A stretch of DNA of 64,000 nucleotides from Dehalococcoidia bacterium (GTDB lineage Bacteria; Chloroflexota; Dehalococcoidia; Lucifugimonadales; VXLM01), in NCBI GenBank assembly GCA_963662435.1, contig OY759598.1, positions 712,507-776,506 of the forward strand, written 5' to 3'. Every line of letters begins with the position of its first letter. Position 1 is the stretch's first letter. The position numbers and the translations under genes are program-made. A model generated the notes under the pieces. It was not told the DNA's origin. It saw only the letters and a list, made by a program, of their open reading frames with translations, and ran no database searches. This document shows, piece after piece, positions 36,418-46,540 of the stretch.

Positions 36418-36496
36418 ACAGGCAACGGGAAGGCCGCGTAACCTGGGGTTACAGGGAAGCAGGCGATGGTACAGGCAGCGCAAGGAGGTGACGGAA

Positions 36497-37724
36497 ATGC
36501 AACGAATAACGAACATACGGTTTGTCTTCATCGTTGCCGTGCTCGTGGTCGCTATGGCCTGTGGGACGTCCTCTCCTCCGATACAGCCCTCGCCGGTGAC
36601 CAACGCGACCCAAGCGAACACGCGGGTATCGCCCGACCCCACACCTACGCCAATCCCCACTGAGATTCCAGCGACTCCCGAGCCCGAGTTCAAGGCGACG
36701 CTGGAAGGAGAAGCGTTGGCGCAGTATGAATGGCTGTCGGAGGAACATATTCTGGACATGGAGGGAATGGCGAGGTTCTTGGGGACGAATATGGTGACGG
36801 AGTGGCTGGCCGTCCTATCGGGGCCGGCGTCGGACCGCTTCGCGTCGGGATTGGAGGGAGACGACCGCGAACGGTATGACAGCCTCTCGCGGTTGGAACG
36901 ATATACCTTCGAGCTCATTGCGCTCATAGAACAGGATCTGGCGATGGAGTGGCTCTCGGTCGGGCCCGGCCGGCTAGACCAGGAAGGTGAGCGGGTTGGA
37001 CAGGACCATAGAGGGGCAAGGACTCCGGCAAAGGCGTTTGCGGCTGACATTGCGCAGACCGACTCAGGGCTTCCAGGAGTGCCGATAATCGAGACAGAAG
37101 CCCTCGTCCAATACGCGCGGCTGGACTCCGAGGGACGCGCGGCATTCGAGTTCCTCGTGAAGGTGGTGGGCCTGGAGGCGGCAGAAGAGCAGTTGCTCCC
37201 CCTCAGGGAATGGAACGACTCGTACTTCCACCCGCCCCCGATCTTCGCGGCGGCCCTGCCGACCCTAGAGAGCGGCCTTTCTCCCGACGAGGCGGCGAAG
37301 CTCGGGGCGCTCGACCAGCGCATCCGAGATCCGTTCGTGGAGAACTGGGAGGAAGGACTGCGTATAAGTGCCCCGGACCCTTCCGAGGCACTGGCCTTCA
37401 CGGACCCGAAGGGGTACGTCGCCGAACAGACGGAGAAACACGCTAAGAGGCTCAAGCAAAGACTGATGGCGATCCCTGCCGAGCTTCCACACATCAAGGA
37501 CCTGGTCTCTGCCGAGGGTGTGGCGGAGTACGACCGGCTACCCCAACCTTAGGGAGCAGTTCTGGAAAGAGGTTGGAGTCGTCTACTCAAGTGGAATGAC
37601 GGTAGGGAGTGAAGGCTTCCCTGCCATGACCGACGGCGAGATCAAGGACCTGTTCGGCCCCATCCTCTCGTCCTTCATGCGGCGTCAGGAAATGAACCCC
37701 GAGTACCAAAGCAAGGCACCGTGA
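36497..37724 (+). pseudogene. Lipoprotein with the conserved 5' cassette; frame broken at a CCCC tract (about 37537-37540)
   Basis: MQRITNIRFVFIVAVLVVAMAC-GTSSPPIQPSPVTNA. The ORF stops at ..VAEYDRLPQP-stop (37552), but removing one C gives ..EYDRLPNLREQFWKEVGVVYSSG.., continuing the family repeat motif to 37724. Confidence 0.55.
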
Positions 37725-37851
37725 ACGTTTTTGGAACAAGGAAGCCACCGCCCTACTGATTCGCGAAGGTTTCATTTGTTCTTGCCGACAATTCTGCGCA
37801 AGTGCGCGGACGTCAGGGCGTACTCTATAACCCAACGGAGCCGGCCCAGAC

Positions 37852-38064
37852 ATGAAAGGAATCACAATGGCTAGAGAATGGGGCGATCAAGACGAGGTAA
37901 TAATTGTCGGCATCGACATAGACTTTCTGAATCTTGTCTATCTCGTGTTCAAGATAGGGTTCGCCATTACCCTAGTTTGGCTTGTGTTAGTCATACCGAT
38001 AACATTAGTCATCTCAATCTTTAGCCTCTTCACTGCGAATACTGGGGTTAGGTTCGGCTGGTAA
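37852..38064 (+). CDS. Small membrane protein (70 aa)
   Basis: Two hydrophobic segments (LVFKIGFAITLVWLVLVIPITLVISIFSLF). Low GC. Confidence 0.4.
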   Translation: MKGITMAREWGDQDEVIIVGIDIDFLNLVYLVFKIGFAITLVWLVLVIPITLVISIFSLFTANTGVRFGW

Positions 38065-38107
38065 CGCCGATAAGCTCAGCGCAGCACGGCAGACAATCAC
38101 CAGCACT

Positions 38108-38740
38108 ATGCCGCTTGAATTCGGCGAGGCGAAGACGCCAGACGAGTTCCGAAGCCGGTGGGACGATGAAGAGCCGTTCTACGGCGGCGCTGCAATCGAC
38201 CGGAGCGATTGGTGAAGTCCCAAGTATGACTACTGCACGACCGGGTATGGCGTGACGACCTTCAGCGGTACGGAGGACCTTCTTACGGCGCTTCACTGCT
38301 GCTACGGGAATAACTATTACATGCCGGACGGAGATCGGCATGTCGGTACCGTATCGGACCCGGTAGTCTGTACACTCGATGCCGCCAATCTAATCGGGCA
38401 GGACTACAGCCCGCGCGTCTACGCCGGGACGTGGAACAGCTCTCATTCTCTGGGCGTCGCCGGGTTGGTAATCCTGGCTGACGGCTAGTACGTCTACATG
38501 TCGGGCTCTCACTCCGGCGAACACCTGACACGGCTGGACTCTACTTTCCGATACAATGCCGGATGCATCCCCTAGGCAATGGGACCGGGTTTCTGGACGA
38601 CTGACCAGCAGGGCGATGGCTCGGCTGGGGACGGCGAAAGTGGAGACTCAGTGTTACGCTATGTTTCCGGCTCAGCCGTCAGGGGCGCCGGGATGATGGG
38701 GGGCGGAGATACGGTGAACCCCAGTGCGCCATGAGAGGGA
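38108..38740 (+). pseudogene. Decayed S1 (streptogrisin/alpha-lytic-like) serine protease
   Basis: FYGGAAIDRSDW-stop-SPKYDYCTTGYGVT..LLTALHCC (His-box-like), later ..GDGESGDSVLRYVSGSAVRGAGMMGGG (GDSGG-like) in another frame. In-frame stops and frame changes are present. Confidence 0.4.
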
Positions 38741-38863
38741 CGGGTCGCTCCCTGTAGGAGTTGCGCGTCTCGTGCCTTCCACCTGCGTCTACATACGGTA
38801 GTGAGTGGATTGGGCGTCACTCTACAGACCGAGTAGATAAACGCTACGCCACCTCGTGACGAC

Positions 38864-38898
38864 GACCCCCGGTGGGACTTTCTCGCCGGGGGTCTTTT
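38864..38898. terminator. Rho-independent terminator between convergent genes
   Basis: GACCCCCGG (38864-38872) pairs with CCGGGGGTC (38886-38894), followed by TTTT. Confidence 0.6.
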
Positions 38899-38899
38899 G

Positions 38900-39109
38900 T
38901 CAGCTGGTACCCAAGCACCACAAGCAGAGGCAATTGATAAATACGTGACGTATCAAGGCCACGTAGAGGGCCCCGAGGGCTGCAAGTACCGCCAGGGCGT
39001 AGCTGACGGCTCGAACGGCTGTGTCTTCAGTCGTGCGGTAGGTCCGCCAACAGAACGCGGCGATTCCCACGAAGATCAGAACAGCCGCAAGGTTCAGTAT
39101 TTCAGTCAT
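38900..39109 (-). CDS. Small membrane protein (69 aa)
   Basis: Two TM segments; C-terminal CLCLWCLG. Confidence 0.4.
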   Translation of the reverse strand: MTEILNLAAVLIFVGIAAFCWRTYRTTEDTAVRAVSYALAVLAALGALYVALIRHVFINCLCLWCLGTS

Positions 39110-39322
39110 GGCTCCACCCTCATGATGATCACGGGATCAAGGCGTCATGATACTGGCTTTTGCACTCGGTGTTAGCCGGTGGAGTTTGCACTTTTCCCCC
39201 GATATGGAGCCGTACATTCATTCTCCGTGCACATAGTTGCAAAAGGGGCTTTTATACAATCCTACACAAAATCCGCCGAAATGGGGCTTGCTTCCCATGA
39301 CTCTGAATTGACCAGAGCGTAG

Positions 39323-39676
39323 TTAGAATGCGCGGACGTCCTCGACCGTTAGTGGTGGCAACGCCCGCCAGTCGTACTCGTAAGCAGCCCGCTGGTCAGC
39401 CTCCCATCCCGCCGCCGATGGTTCATATCCGTCACTAGGTTCGCCGTACTCCTTCGTCACGACCAAGGATGTCAGCCCGGGCAAGGCGTTCCTCCTACAA
39501 AAGTGGAATATAGGGTCAAGGTGTGTACGTCCTATGCTCCTGGGACTGGCCGCTCCGGTCTTGCGATAGAGTTCCGTGTACGTGATCGTTCGTCGCCTCG
39601 TGGCACAGTCCACAAGCTCGGCAAACACCCTTTTGATTTCTTCAAAGGTCTTTTCATCAACATAACGGCGTGGCAT
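39323..39676 (-). CDS. Hypothetical protein (117 aa)
   Basis: AAGGATGG upstream. Preceded by a 51-codon ORF (39880-39725, MKRNKNLVGRPPRSMPPTIDASPEEIAQTVL..). I cannot assign a family. Confidence 0.45.
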   Translation of the reverse strand: MPRRYVDEKTFEEIKRVFAELVDCATRRRTITYTELYRKTGAASPRSIGRTHLDPIFHFCRRNALPGLTSLVVTKEYGEPSDGYEPSAAGWEADQRAAYEYDWRALPPLTVEDVRAF

Positions 39677-41049
39677 GTCACCATCCTTTTCGGCACTGGG
39701 AACGCACGGTTGAGTGGCGGCGCACCTAGAGAGTTAGTCGGAGTCCTTTCGCTGAAGATACCGCCACTTCGCAGGCGGTTTGACCTTCAACACCGTCTGG
39801 GCGATCTCCTCCGGCGAGGCGTCGATCGTCGGGGGCATCGAGCGCGGTGGGCGTCCGACGAGGTTCTTATTTCGCTTCATGCCAAGTCTCCCTTGCCGGC
39901 ATTATAACAGCCTGAAGTTACTTCTCTTCGAACTCCTCTATTCGCGGGTCGGGGGGAACAAAGTACCACCCGATCAGCACGAAAGGTCCGCACAGCGGGG
40001 CTTACGCCAACCCTATGAAGAACCACTTCCATGGGCTTTGGTAGCGGCCCTTGGCTCTACTTGCCAACACCCCTCCCACGATGGCCCACCCAGAATATCC
40101 ATAGAACGATGAATCTCATGAAACCGGGATCGTCCAGCATGACATCGCCTCCATGTTGCCTTCTTGTGGTGAGTCCAGCGCGGGGAGCATAGCAAATGCT
40201 AAGGGGTTTTGTGTCGCGTTCTACACAAGAGTGTATTACAGGCTCGGCGGACTCACCACGTCCATGTCTTTCGGAGTGTACCGAGGAGTGTCCTTTGCCT
40301 CCTTGAGGACGCTCCATGTGTCGGAACTTGTGATGAGTCCCTACACTCTTCGCCTAAGGTAGGCTCCTATGAACACTGTCTTGGTTGCTGCGCGGCCACG
40401 TCGAGGTGTCTAAGCGGTCAGATGACTGGAAACCTGCCAATCATGCTGGGGATTGCACCTGTATAGCTTGCTCACAAAGACAGCTCTCGGAGTGGAAACT
40501 ATTAAAGGAACCACCGCTAGAACGAACTACTCGCTTGAAACGACCGAAAAGACGGCGTCGGTGGAGGTGGAGGAGTCGGGCGCGATGGCGGAGTCGCCCC
40601 AGTTGTAGGCCCGGTCTGACCTGGCCGTGGGGCCGGACCACTCCATCTCGCTGTTAGGGCCGGCCCTGGCCTCGGCCTGAAGCTTCGAGAGGAACCACGT
40701 GACACCGTCTGCGTGCTTCGTCTGCCTCGCCCACGTCTCGGTGCGGTGTCCCACGTGACGCCTGCGGCCCTGTCTGTCGGTGGTGAGGGCGGTGCTCCAG
40801 ATGCCCTGCGTCGTCGGGAGCTGGGCGCGGTCACGGTGGGTGATGGTGGCGTCGAAGCGGCCCCTGCGGTAGATATCCACGCAGGACCGGAGCCCGTCGA
40901 TGTCGGGGGAGAGTGAGGCGGCCCTTGCCCCCGCCGTCCATCCTGTGAATGAGCGGCGTCAACCACTCCCTAGAAGGTATACTGGACCCTCCGCTCATAC
41001 TTCGACGGGCCTCAGCATGAGCGTCCCCTACTGCAGTTCCGGTCAAGAA

Positions 41050-41610
41050 TTATGTTCTTGGCTGGGCCGATTTGCTTGCGCATCGCCGACGCGCATGGGA
41101 TAGCGTTGCTAACATCCATACGAGACATATACCTAGTATCGCCATCGCAATTCGGTACGTCCAATCCCAAACAGTTGATGTCACGGGCGAACCTTCAGCC
41201 AAGGAGAACATGGCAAGAATCACTACTGCCACCAGCAAGACCAACATGAAAACGCCGATGGCTACATAGAAGCTACCCCTGTGCCAACTGCACAAATTCT
41301 TAGGCTCAATCGGCTCGTAACTTGAAGACCCGGCTGGTGCGACATTCGTCAAAGGCCTCAATAGTCTATTCAAGAGCGTATCTAGAACGTAGCCTGCAAT
41401 CTGGACAACCTTGTCGATTCTTCTAATCAACCACGCAAATAGCACCAATGTACCGACTACCTCAAGTACGGCAAGCCTATCTTCCGACGATTGCCCAGAC
41501 ATCCCAAGTGCCATCACCAAGAATAAGACCACGGCGAATACTTCCAAGGCGTGCACCATGAACATCAGGGGACTAAGTCCGTCTGTTACGTCTCGCTCTT
41601 TGTTTGCCAT
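41050..41610 (-). CDS. Four-TM membrane protein in a low-GC insert
   Basis: AGGAAGGA upstream of ATG 41610. Sequence MANKERDV..MFMVHALEVFAVVLFLVMALGM.., with four hydrophobic segments. GC is visibly lower than in the flanks. Confidence 0.5.
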   Translation of the reverse strand: MANKERDVTDGLSPLMFMVHALEVFAVVLFLVMALGMSGQSSEDRLAVLEVVGTLVLFAWLIRRIDKVVQIAGYVLDTLLNRLLRPLTNVAPAGSSSYEPIEPKNLCSWHRGSFYVAIGVFMLVLLVAVVILAMFSLAEGSPVTSTVWDWTYRIAMAILGICLVWMLATLSHARRRCASKSAQPRT

Positions 41611-41639
41611 ATGACCATCCTTCCTATTCTGTGAAAGTT

Positions 41640-42060
41640 GGTTCCAAACAATACCCGCCATCTCCAATTTCGTCCCACCGCGTCCATCCTGCGGATGAGA
41701 ATCGTCAGCCACTCCCTGGACATGGGTTAGGCCCTCACGAAGTCCGAGGGCGTGTCGAATCCGAGAACCTCAGTGGCCTTGCGGATTCCATGAGCCGTCA
41801 GGTGGTACTTGTGGCTCGACGGCAGGTGGGCCGTCCCGTGGCTCACCCTCCCGACGATGCCCTGTCCAAGCAGGTTGCTCAGGGCAAGGTGGACGGTCGT
41901 GTGCGGCTCGCCGAGGATGAGCGCCAACTCCGTCGAATCGACGAAGGGCGTCCGGCTGAAGGCGTCCGGCTGAGGGCGTCGAGCAACAGTCCATCGGAGG
42001 GGGAATTATATACTTGCCTCCCACATGATGCTGTGATTGCATATGGCATTAAAGTCATTA
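41640..42060 (-). pseudogene. Winged-helix (MarR-like) gene disrupted by a 14-nt tandem duplication and a stop codon
   Basis: GGCGTCCGGCTGAA/GGCGTCCGGCTGAG at 41947-41974 is a 14-nt tandem duplication. Removing one copy gives ..GLLLDALSRTPFVDSTELALILGEPHTTVHLALSNLLGQGIVGRV..YHLTAHGIRKATEVLG. There is a stop at 41727-41729, after which homology continues (PMSREWLTILIRRMDAVG). Confidence 0.5.
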
Positions 42061-42070
42061 GGAGGTCTCT

Positions 42071-42355
42071 ATGAGGACTTTGGTATTGCTGGCTATAGGT
42101 ATGATGTTGCTCTTGGCTTGTGGGGAACAGAGTGAGCAAGCCGCTATTCCTGAGCCGTCAGTTCACGCAGCTGCGAAAGATGTAGCGGTACTTGAATGCA
42201 CTTGGCACTATTCAGTCGGGGTGTCAGTGGTTATCATCAGGAACGGTAAGGATGAAGTCGTAGGGGGATTTGCGGTTGAGGACTCAATTTGTGCAGGCCT
42301 AGATTCTATCGGGCACAGAGAAATCGTGAGGTTATCCGAAGTTGAGCCACGTTGA
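42071..42355 (+). CDS. Small lipoprotein (94 aa)
   Basis: AGGAGG upstream. Lipobox MMLLLAC-GEQ. Low GC. Confidence 0.5.
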   Translation: MRTLVLLAIGMMLLLACGEQSEQAAIPEPSVHAAAKDVAVLECTWHYSVGVSVVIIRNGKDEVVGGFAVEDSICAGLDSIGHREIVRLSEVEPR

Positions 42356-42483
42356 CCATCGCAACCCGCATACTTTCTTGCCTTTAAAGTTGAGGCTTTA
42401 GCATTCCAAGTACAAATGATGTGATGTCTTCTATGGTGAGGCGATAGTATACGCCTCCAATTTCGTCTCTGAATGGTAATTGA

Positions 42484-43964
42484 TTAGCGGATGGCGGGGG
42501 AGGTTTGGAGTGATGGGGAGTGAAGCGGAGCGCCGCTGAAGATAGCGCAGAGCCGATCCACCACGGATTGGTCGTCGCCATTGCGCTCCAACGTCCTGAT
42601 TACGCTGGTGAAAGCCGAGAACACATCGGCCCCCTTCTCGTTCTTCGAGCAGTGTGACACCTTCCGCGCGATCACCGCCCCACGAAACTCTCGCTCAGCC
42701 CGGTTGTTGGTCGGCTCAATGCTCGGATCGTCCAGGAAGGGAAGCGCAGCAGGCTGCCCCGGTCATCGTGCCAGCACAACTCGTTCTGCAGCCGGTAGTT
42801 GTCCGCATCCGCAATCGGACGGTCGCGGAGATGATAGCTCATCTGGCGCTTCAACCGCTCGGCCTGCACACCAAAGTCGACAGCCTCACCTCGATGATAT
42901 GCCTCCCGCAACTCCATCGCCTCTCGCAGAAGGCCGCTCAAACGCTTGCCGAAGCTGCGGCCTCTCCCCGTCTTGCTCTTGACCACCTCGCTGATCGAGC
43001 GTAGCACGTGCGCCAGGCACTTCTGCTGTCTCACCTCGGACAGCGCCTGAGCATCGTAACTGCGACCCCGGTCGGTCACCATCACCCCTGTGTAGTCCGC
43101 AGGAACCATCTCGCGCACCTCTTCGTTCCGGTGACGAGCGCGAACCTGATACACCGTCGCCTCTTCTGTCTCGAACGCCATCAGAAACGCCGGCTCGCCT
43201 CCAACTCGCCAGCCCGTGTCGTCGGTGTGGACGACCGGACTCGCTCGCACCGATGTCCGCAGCGTACGGTAGGCGTCACCCACCGCATCGGCACTAAGGC
43301 GCAGCGCGTCCTGGCTGATCGCCCTCTGACTCACTCTCACCCCGGCCAGCGCCCTGAGAACGGCAGGAACCTTCCGTACCGGAACGCCCACCCCATAGTG
43401 GAGCACGTGGGCCGCCGCCATCAGCCGCTTCCCCACTCGGTGGGCGCTGGCCCCGTACTGGTCCTGCGCTATGTCGGGATGCCGCCCTCGCACAGCGTTG
43501 CCGCACGACCGGCACCGGCATACCTGCACACGATACGCCGTTATCTGGGGACGTGGAACCGGCAGAAGGTCGGTCACGTAGGCAAGCCGCACTCCCTCAT
43601 GTTCGAGGACGCCTCCACATCCGGGGCAGGTGTCCCAGGACACTGGCACGTCTACAACCGGCTCGGTGATCTCTTCGGCAGACGGCGGCTTGCGGTAGCT
43701 GAACATCCCCATACCCGGCTTGCGGCCAGGACGCTTGGGCTTGCTGCTGCGCTTGCCCTTGGAGAACGGCGCCGCCTGTCGCTTTCCCGCTCGCTTGGCC
43801 TCGGCGAGTTCCTTATGCAACTCTTCGTTGGCTGCCGTCAACCGCGCGTTCTGCTCTTGAAGCCGCGTCACCAACGCGATAAGCTGATCCCGTTCAGACG
43901 GGGACAAGCTTGTGGAACTGCACACATAGCCAAAGTCTAAACCAGCACCCAGCGCTCCCCGCAA
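42484..43964 (-). mobile_element. IS66-family transposase gene with a frameshift near 42760 (probably inactive)
   Basis: Leucine-zipper N-terminus; CPGCGG..CRCRSCG zinc motif; DDE region ..VVHTDDTGWRV..VMVTDRGRSY..QKCLAHVLR. The expected ..LLRF(L)DDPSIEPTNNRAEREFRGAVIARKVSHCSKNEKGA.. requires a 1-nt frame change to join ORFs 42672-43964 and 42484-42675. Confidence 0.75.
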
Positions 43965-44209
43965 CCCCTCTACGGGCCACTAAACGGCTAATCAAGTACG
44001 GTCAAACTAACGGCTAAACCGTTAGAAGGGAGACCACACATCCTGACGAGGTGTCACCGAAGGGTGATCGAGTTATTTCAATGCTCGTCCAGAATTCTCG
44101 GCGGCTATGATGAGCAAAGTTGTACAATTAGGCACCTGCTCATTATGGTCGGCCCATGCTCGTCGCAACAGCGACGAGCACAAAGTATTCCACGACGTAG
44201 GTGAATACA

Positions 44210-45016
44210 ATGTCAAACACTCCTCGCTTTAGTGAGCGAACCTTGCTTGAAGCAGTTGATTTGTTCGCACCGTCTTTGGCGGGTAAGAATATTGATCGTC
44301 TAATATTGCGTCTGCTACCTGAACGGTCATCCGCACGTGGGCGCGCACTCAAGGACTACCAAAGTAAGCAAGGTAAGGTAAACGAATTAACGCAGTTCGC
44401 TCAGGAAAATCGCAACCACCAAACCGTCTTAGGTTCAAATCTATGGGACGAGATAGTGGAAGAAGCGGCGTCTTTGCCGAAACTACGTCACAGTAATGCC
44501 TTCATCTATGCGTTAGCGAGAGATGGATTCACGTTAGAGGACGACGGCACCCTCCGCCGAGCCCTCCCCGGCATAGCTGATCTGCCGAGAGCGGATGACG
44601 AAGTTCATGTGCTCTTGGAAGAATTGAGCATGAACACAGCGAAGGGACATCTCGACCAGGCCATCGAAAACCATTCTCAAGGAAACTGGGCGGCAGCGAA
44701 TGGGCAATTGAGAACGTTCATGGAAGAGTTGTTCAATGAGATTTCCAGACGTGTAAGTCCAACGCAAATTACTGATAACTATACCAGTGAGAACCTGAGG
44801 CAACTGTTAGCCAAGACGGACCCGCCTTTCCTACAAGAATCGCTGGGCGAATGGGGGCAGGACGGGAAGAATTTCATCAACGGGGTATTCAAACTACTCC
44901 ACACTGAAGGATCCCATCCAGGACTCTCCGACGATGATGATTCTACATTTCGGCTGCATCTGGTTTTGATAGTCGCTCGACATTACCTGCGACGTGCTCA
45001 ACAACGGACGGATTAG
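44210..45016 (+). CDS. Hypothetical protein (268 aa) in a low-GC island
   Basis: Open frame with AT-rich codon usage unlike its neighbours. Sequence ..KLLHTEGSHPGLSDDDDSTFRLHLVLIVARHYLRR. No family recognised. Confidence 0.5.
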   Translation: MSNTPRFSERTLLEAVDLFAPSLAGKNIDRLILRLLPERSSARGRALKDYQSKQGKVNELTQFAQENRNHQTVLGSNLWDEIVEEAASLPKLRHSNAFIYALARDGFTLEDDGTLRRALPGIADLPRADDEVHVLLEELSMNTAKGHLDQAIENHSQGNWAAANGQLRTFMEELFNEISRRVSPTQITDNYTSENLRQLLAKTDPPFLQESLGEWGQDGKNFINGVFKLLHTEGSHPGLSDDDDSTFRLHLVLIVARHYLRRAQQRTD

Positions 45017-45077
45017 GTGGGTAAGACGGCATGACGGATGCGCAGGGGCATCCCCTCGCAGCCACCTCTCGGTAGTT

Positions 45078-45341
45078 CATACGGCTATGAGGGCCTCGTG
45101 GCTGATACAGCGCATGTCTCTCTCGTCGACGATCAAGTCGCTCGGTATCTCCTTGCCTGTGTCTTCGTAGAGCTCGAGGAGGGCTGCCAGTGCGTCCTCG
45201 ACGTTTGCCATGGTTTCGGGGACGGTATCGCCTTCGGACGAGTCCGGGCAGCTGTGGAGCGGTGGCAGTATAGCCTCCCTCCGGCAGCTGTTCGAGGTGA
45301 ACAGTCAAGCGTATCAACCTGTCAGTCGTTGTTGCGTTCAT
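45078..45341 (-). pseudogene. hicB: HicB-like antitoxin with a 1-nt frameshift
   Basis: MNATTTDRLIRLTVHLEQLPEGGYTATAPQLPGLV, then after skipping one C at about 45236 ..EGDTVPETMANVEDALAALLELYEDTGKEIPSDLIV.. to stop 45078. This is a typical HicB N-terminal domain pattern. Confidence 0.55.
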
Positions 45342-45521
45342 GGGTCACTCCTTCCTTCTCCGTTGGCGGGTGTGATGGTACCAAGTCGGCGTGGTGGTGT
45401 CATAGGTTGGGTGCTGGATTCCCTAGACTCACAAACGAAGTGCAACACCTTGTTAGGGAACCTCTGAACAAGTCTACGTTCTGCGGCATAGTATCATGGG
45501 GGTCATCACGACTGCCTAGGA

Positions 45522-45929
45522 TTGGACTCTGAGACGGGAGTGGAACATAGCGTGTCCACAACACCGGCGAACGTGCATGACGTGACTGAAACGCCACGTT
45601 TGTTACACGGTGGGGAGACACAAGTGTGGGGTGATGCGGGGTATCAGGGGGTGGATAAGAGGCCTGAGAATCGAGACTTGGAGGTGGAGTGCCAGGTGGC
45701 GATGAGGCCTGGTCAACGTCGAAAACTGGAGGTTGGGAGTGATGAGGCGGCATGGGAGAAGCGCAAGGCATCGGTAAGGGCGAAGGTGGAGCATCCGTTC
45801 CTGTACGTCAAGAGGCGCATTGGCTACACGAAGGTCCGCTACCGAGGGCTGGCCAAGAACACGCAACGGCTGGCATTACTGCTGGGGTTCTCCAACCTGA
45901 TGAGAGCCGAGCGGTACTTGGCAGTGTGA
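45522..45929 (+). pseudogene. IS5-family DDE transposase, C-terminal fragment
   Basis: ..VSTTPANVHDVTE..VWGDAGYQGV..KASVRAKVEHPFLYVKRRIGYTKVRYRGLAKNTQRLALLLGFSNL. The N-terminal two-thirds is missing. Confidence 0.75.
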
Positions 45930-46185
45930 GTGACCTTGCTGTATACGTGCGCCCAAATCAGGGCTGACAGGGACGAAGATGTCCCGCCAGGGGCAAAAAC
46001 AGGACGAATTAACACCCACCTAGGCTCCACCTGAAGGCTCAACATCTCCGAAAACGCCCACAATCAACTCAACCCATCTCCACAGCGAATTGTTCAGAGG
46101 TTCCGTAATATGACAAAGTAGTACTAGGGAGCTAAAATGAGTCTGCAAGAGATCACATACCTTCAATGACTTTCTCGGGGGAAGC

Positions 46186-46437
46186 ATGAATAACCGGAAA
46201 GAACGCGGTAGAGTTCTCATAATGTACCTGGAAGACCTCGTACTTGACGTCTTACGAGAAGCGAAACGAAATGGAGAGATCATGGGTCCCACTGAGACTT
46301 GTAGACGGGCAGGAATATATCTACCAAAAGCTGAACAGGGCCAACGTGATTGGGTTGGTGCTGGCATCATGAACTCTCTGGAAGCTAGAGGCCAAGTGAG
46401 GCGTTCGGGCCGAGGCAGCTGGGAAATAGTCGGATGA
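46186..46437 (+). CDS. Small winged-helix-like protein (83 aa)
   Basis: Sequence ..DLVLDVLREAKRNGEIMGPTETCRRAGIY..GIMNSLEARGQVRRSGRGSWEIV. Confidence 0.45.
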   Translation: MNNRKERGRVLIMYLEDLVLDVLREAKRNGEIMGPTETCRRAGIYLPKAEQGQRDWVGAGIMNSLEARGQVRRSGRGSWEIVG

Positions 46438-46540
46438 TGGTGGGCAGAAGAGCTCCGGGATGCTTGAATGCCATGAGAGGCCGAACGAAACCCTTCTGCA
46501 AGACAGTTCCCACCTGCCGACAATCAGTGGAGTATGCGAA

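Noticed and set aside
40517-41046. Overlapping minus-strand ORFs 40517-40966 and 40831-41046 as separate genes.
   Set aside because: Both are Pro/Arg/Thr-rich frames overlapping the more protein-like 40527-40880 frame. They are treated as alternative frames of a decayed gene region rather than real CDSs.
42380-44040. Terminal inverted repeats and target-site duplication of the IS66-family element.
   Set aside because: Only a 9-nt match (TTGATTAGC, around 42475 and, inverted, around 43990) was found, and it overlaps the transposase stop region. This is not enough to define the ends by eye.
44943-45081. A HicA-like toxin ORF (MNYREVAARG..) starting at the ATGA overlap with the hicB remnant.
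   Set aside because: Beyond the first ~9 residues there is no HicA pattern (no ..GSH.. motif). The frame also overlaps the 3' end of the convergent 44210-45016 gene, so it is most likely a truncated stub or chance.
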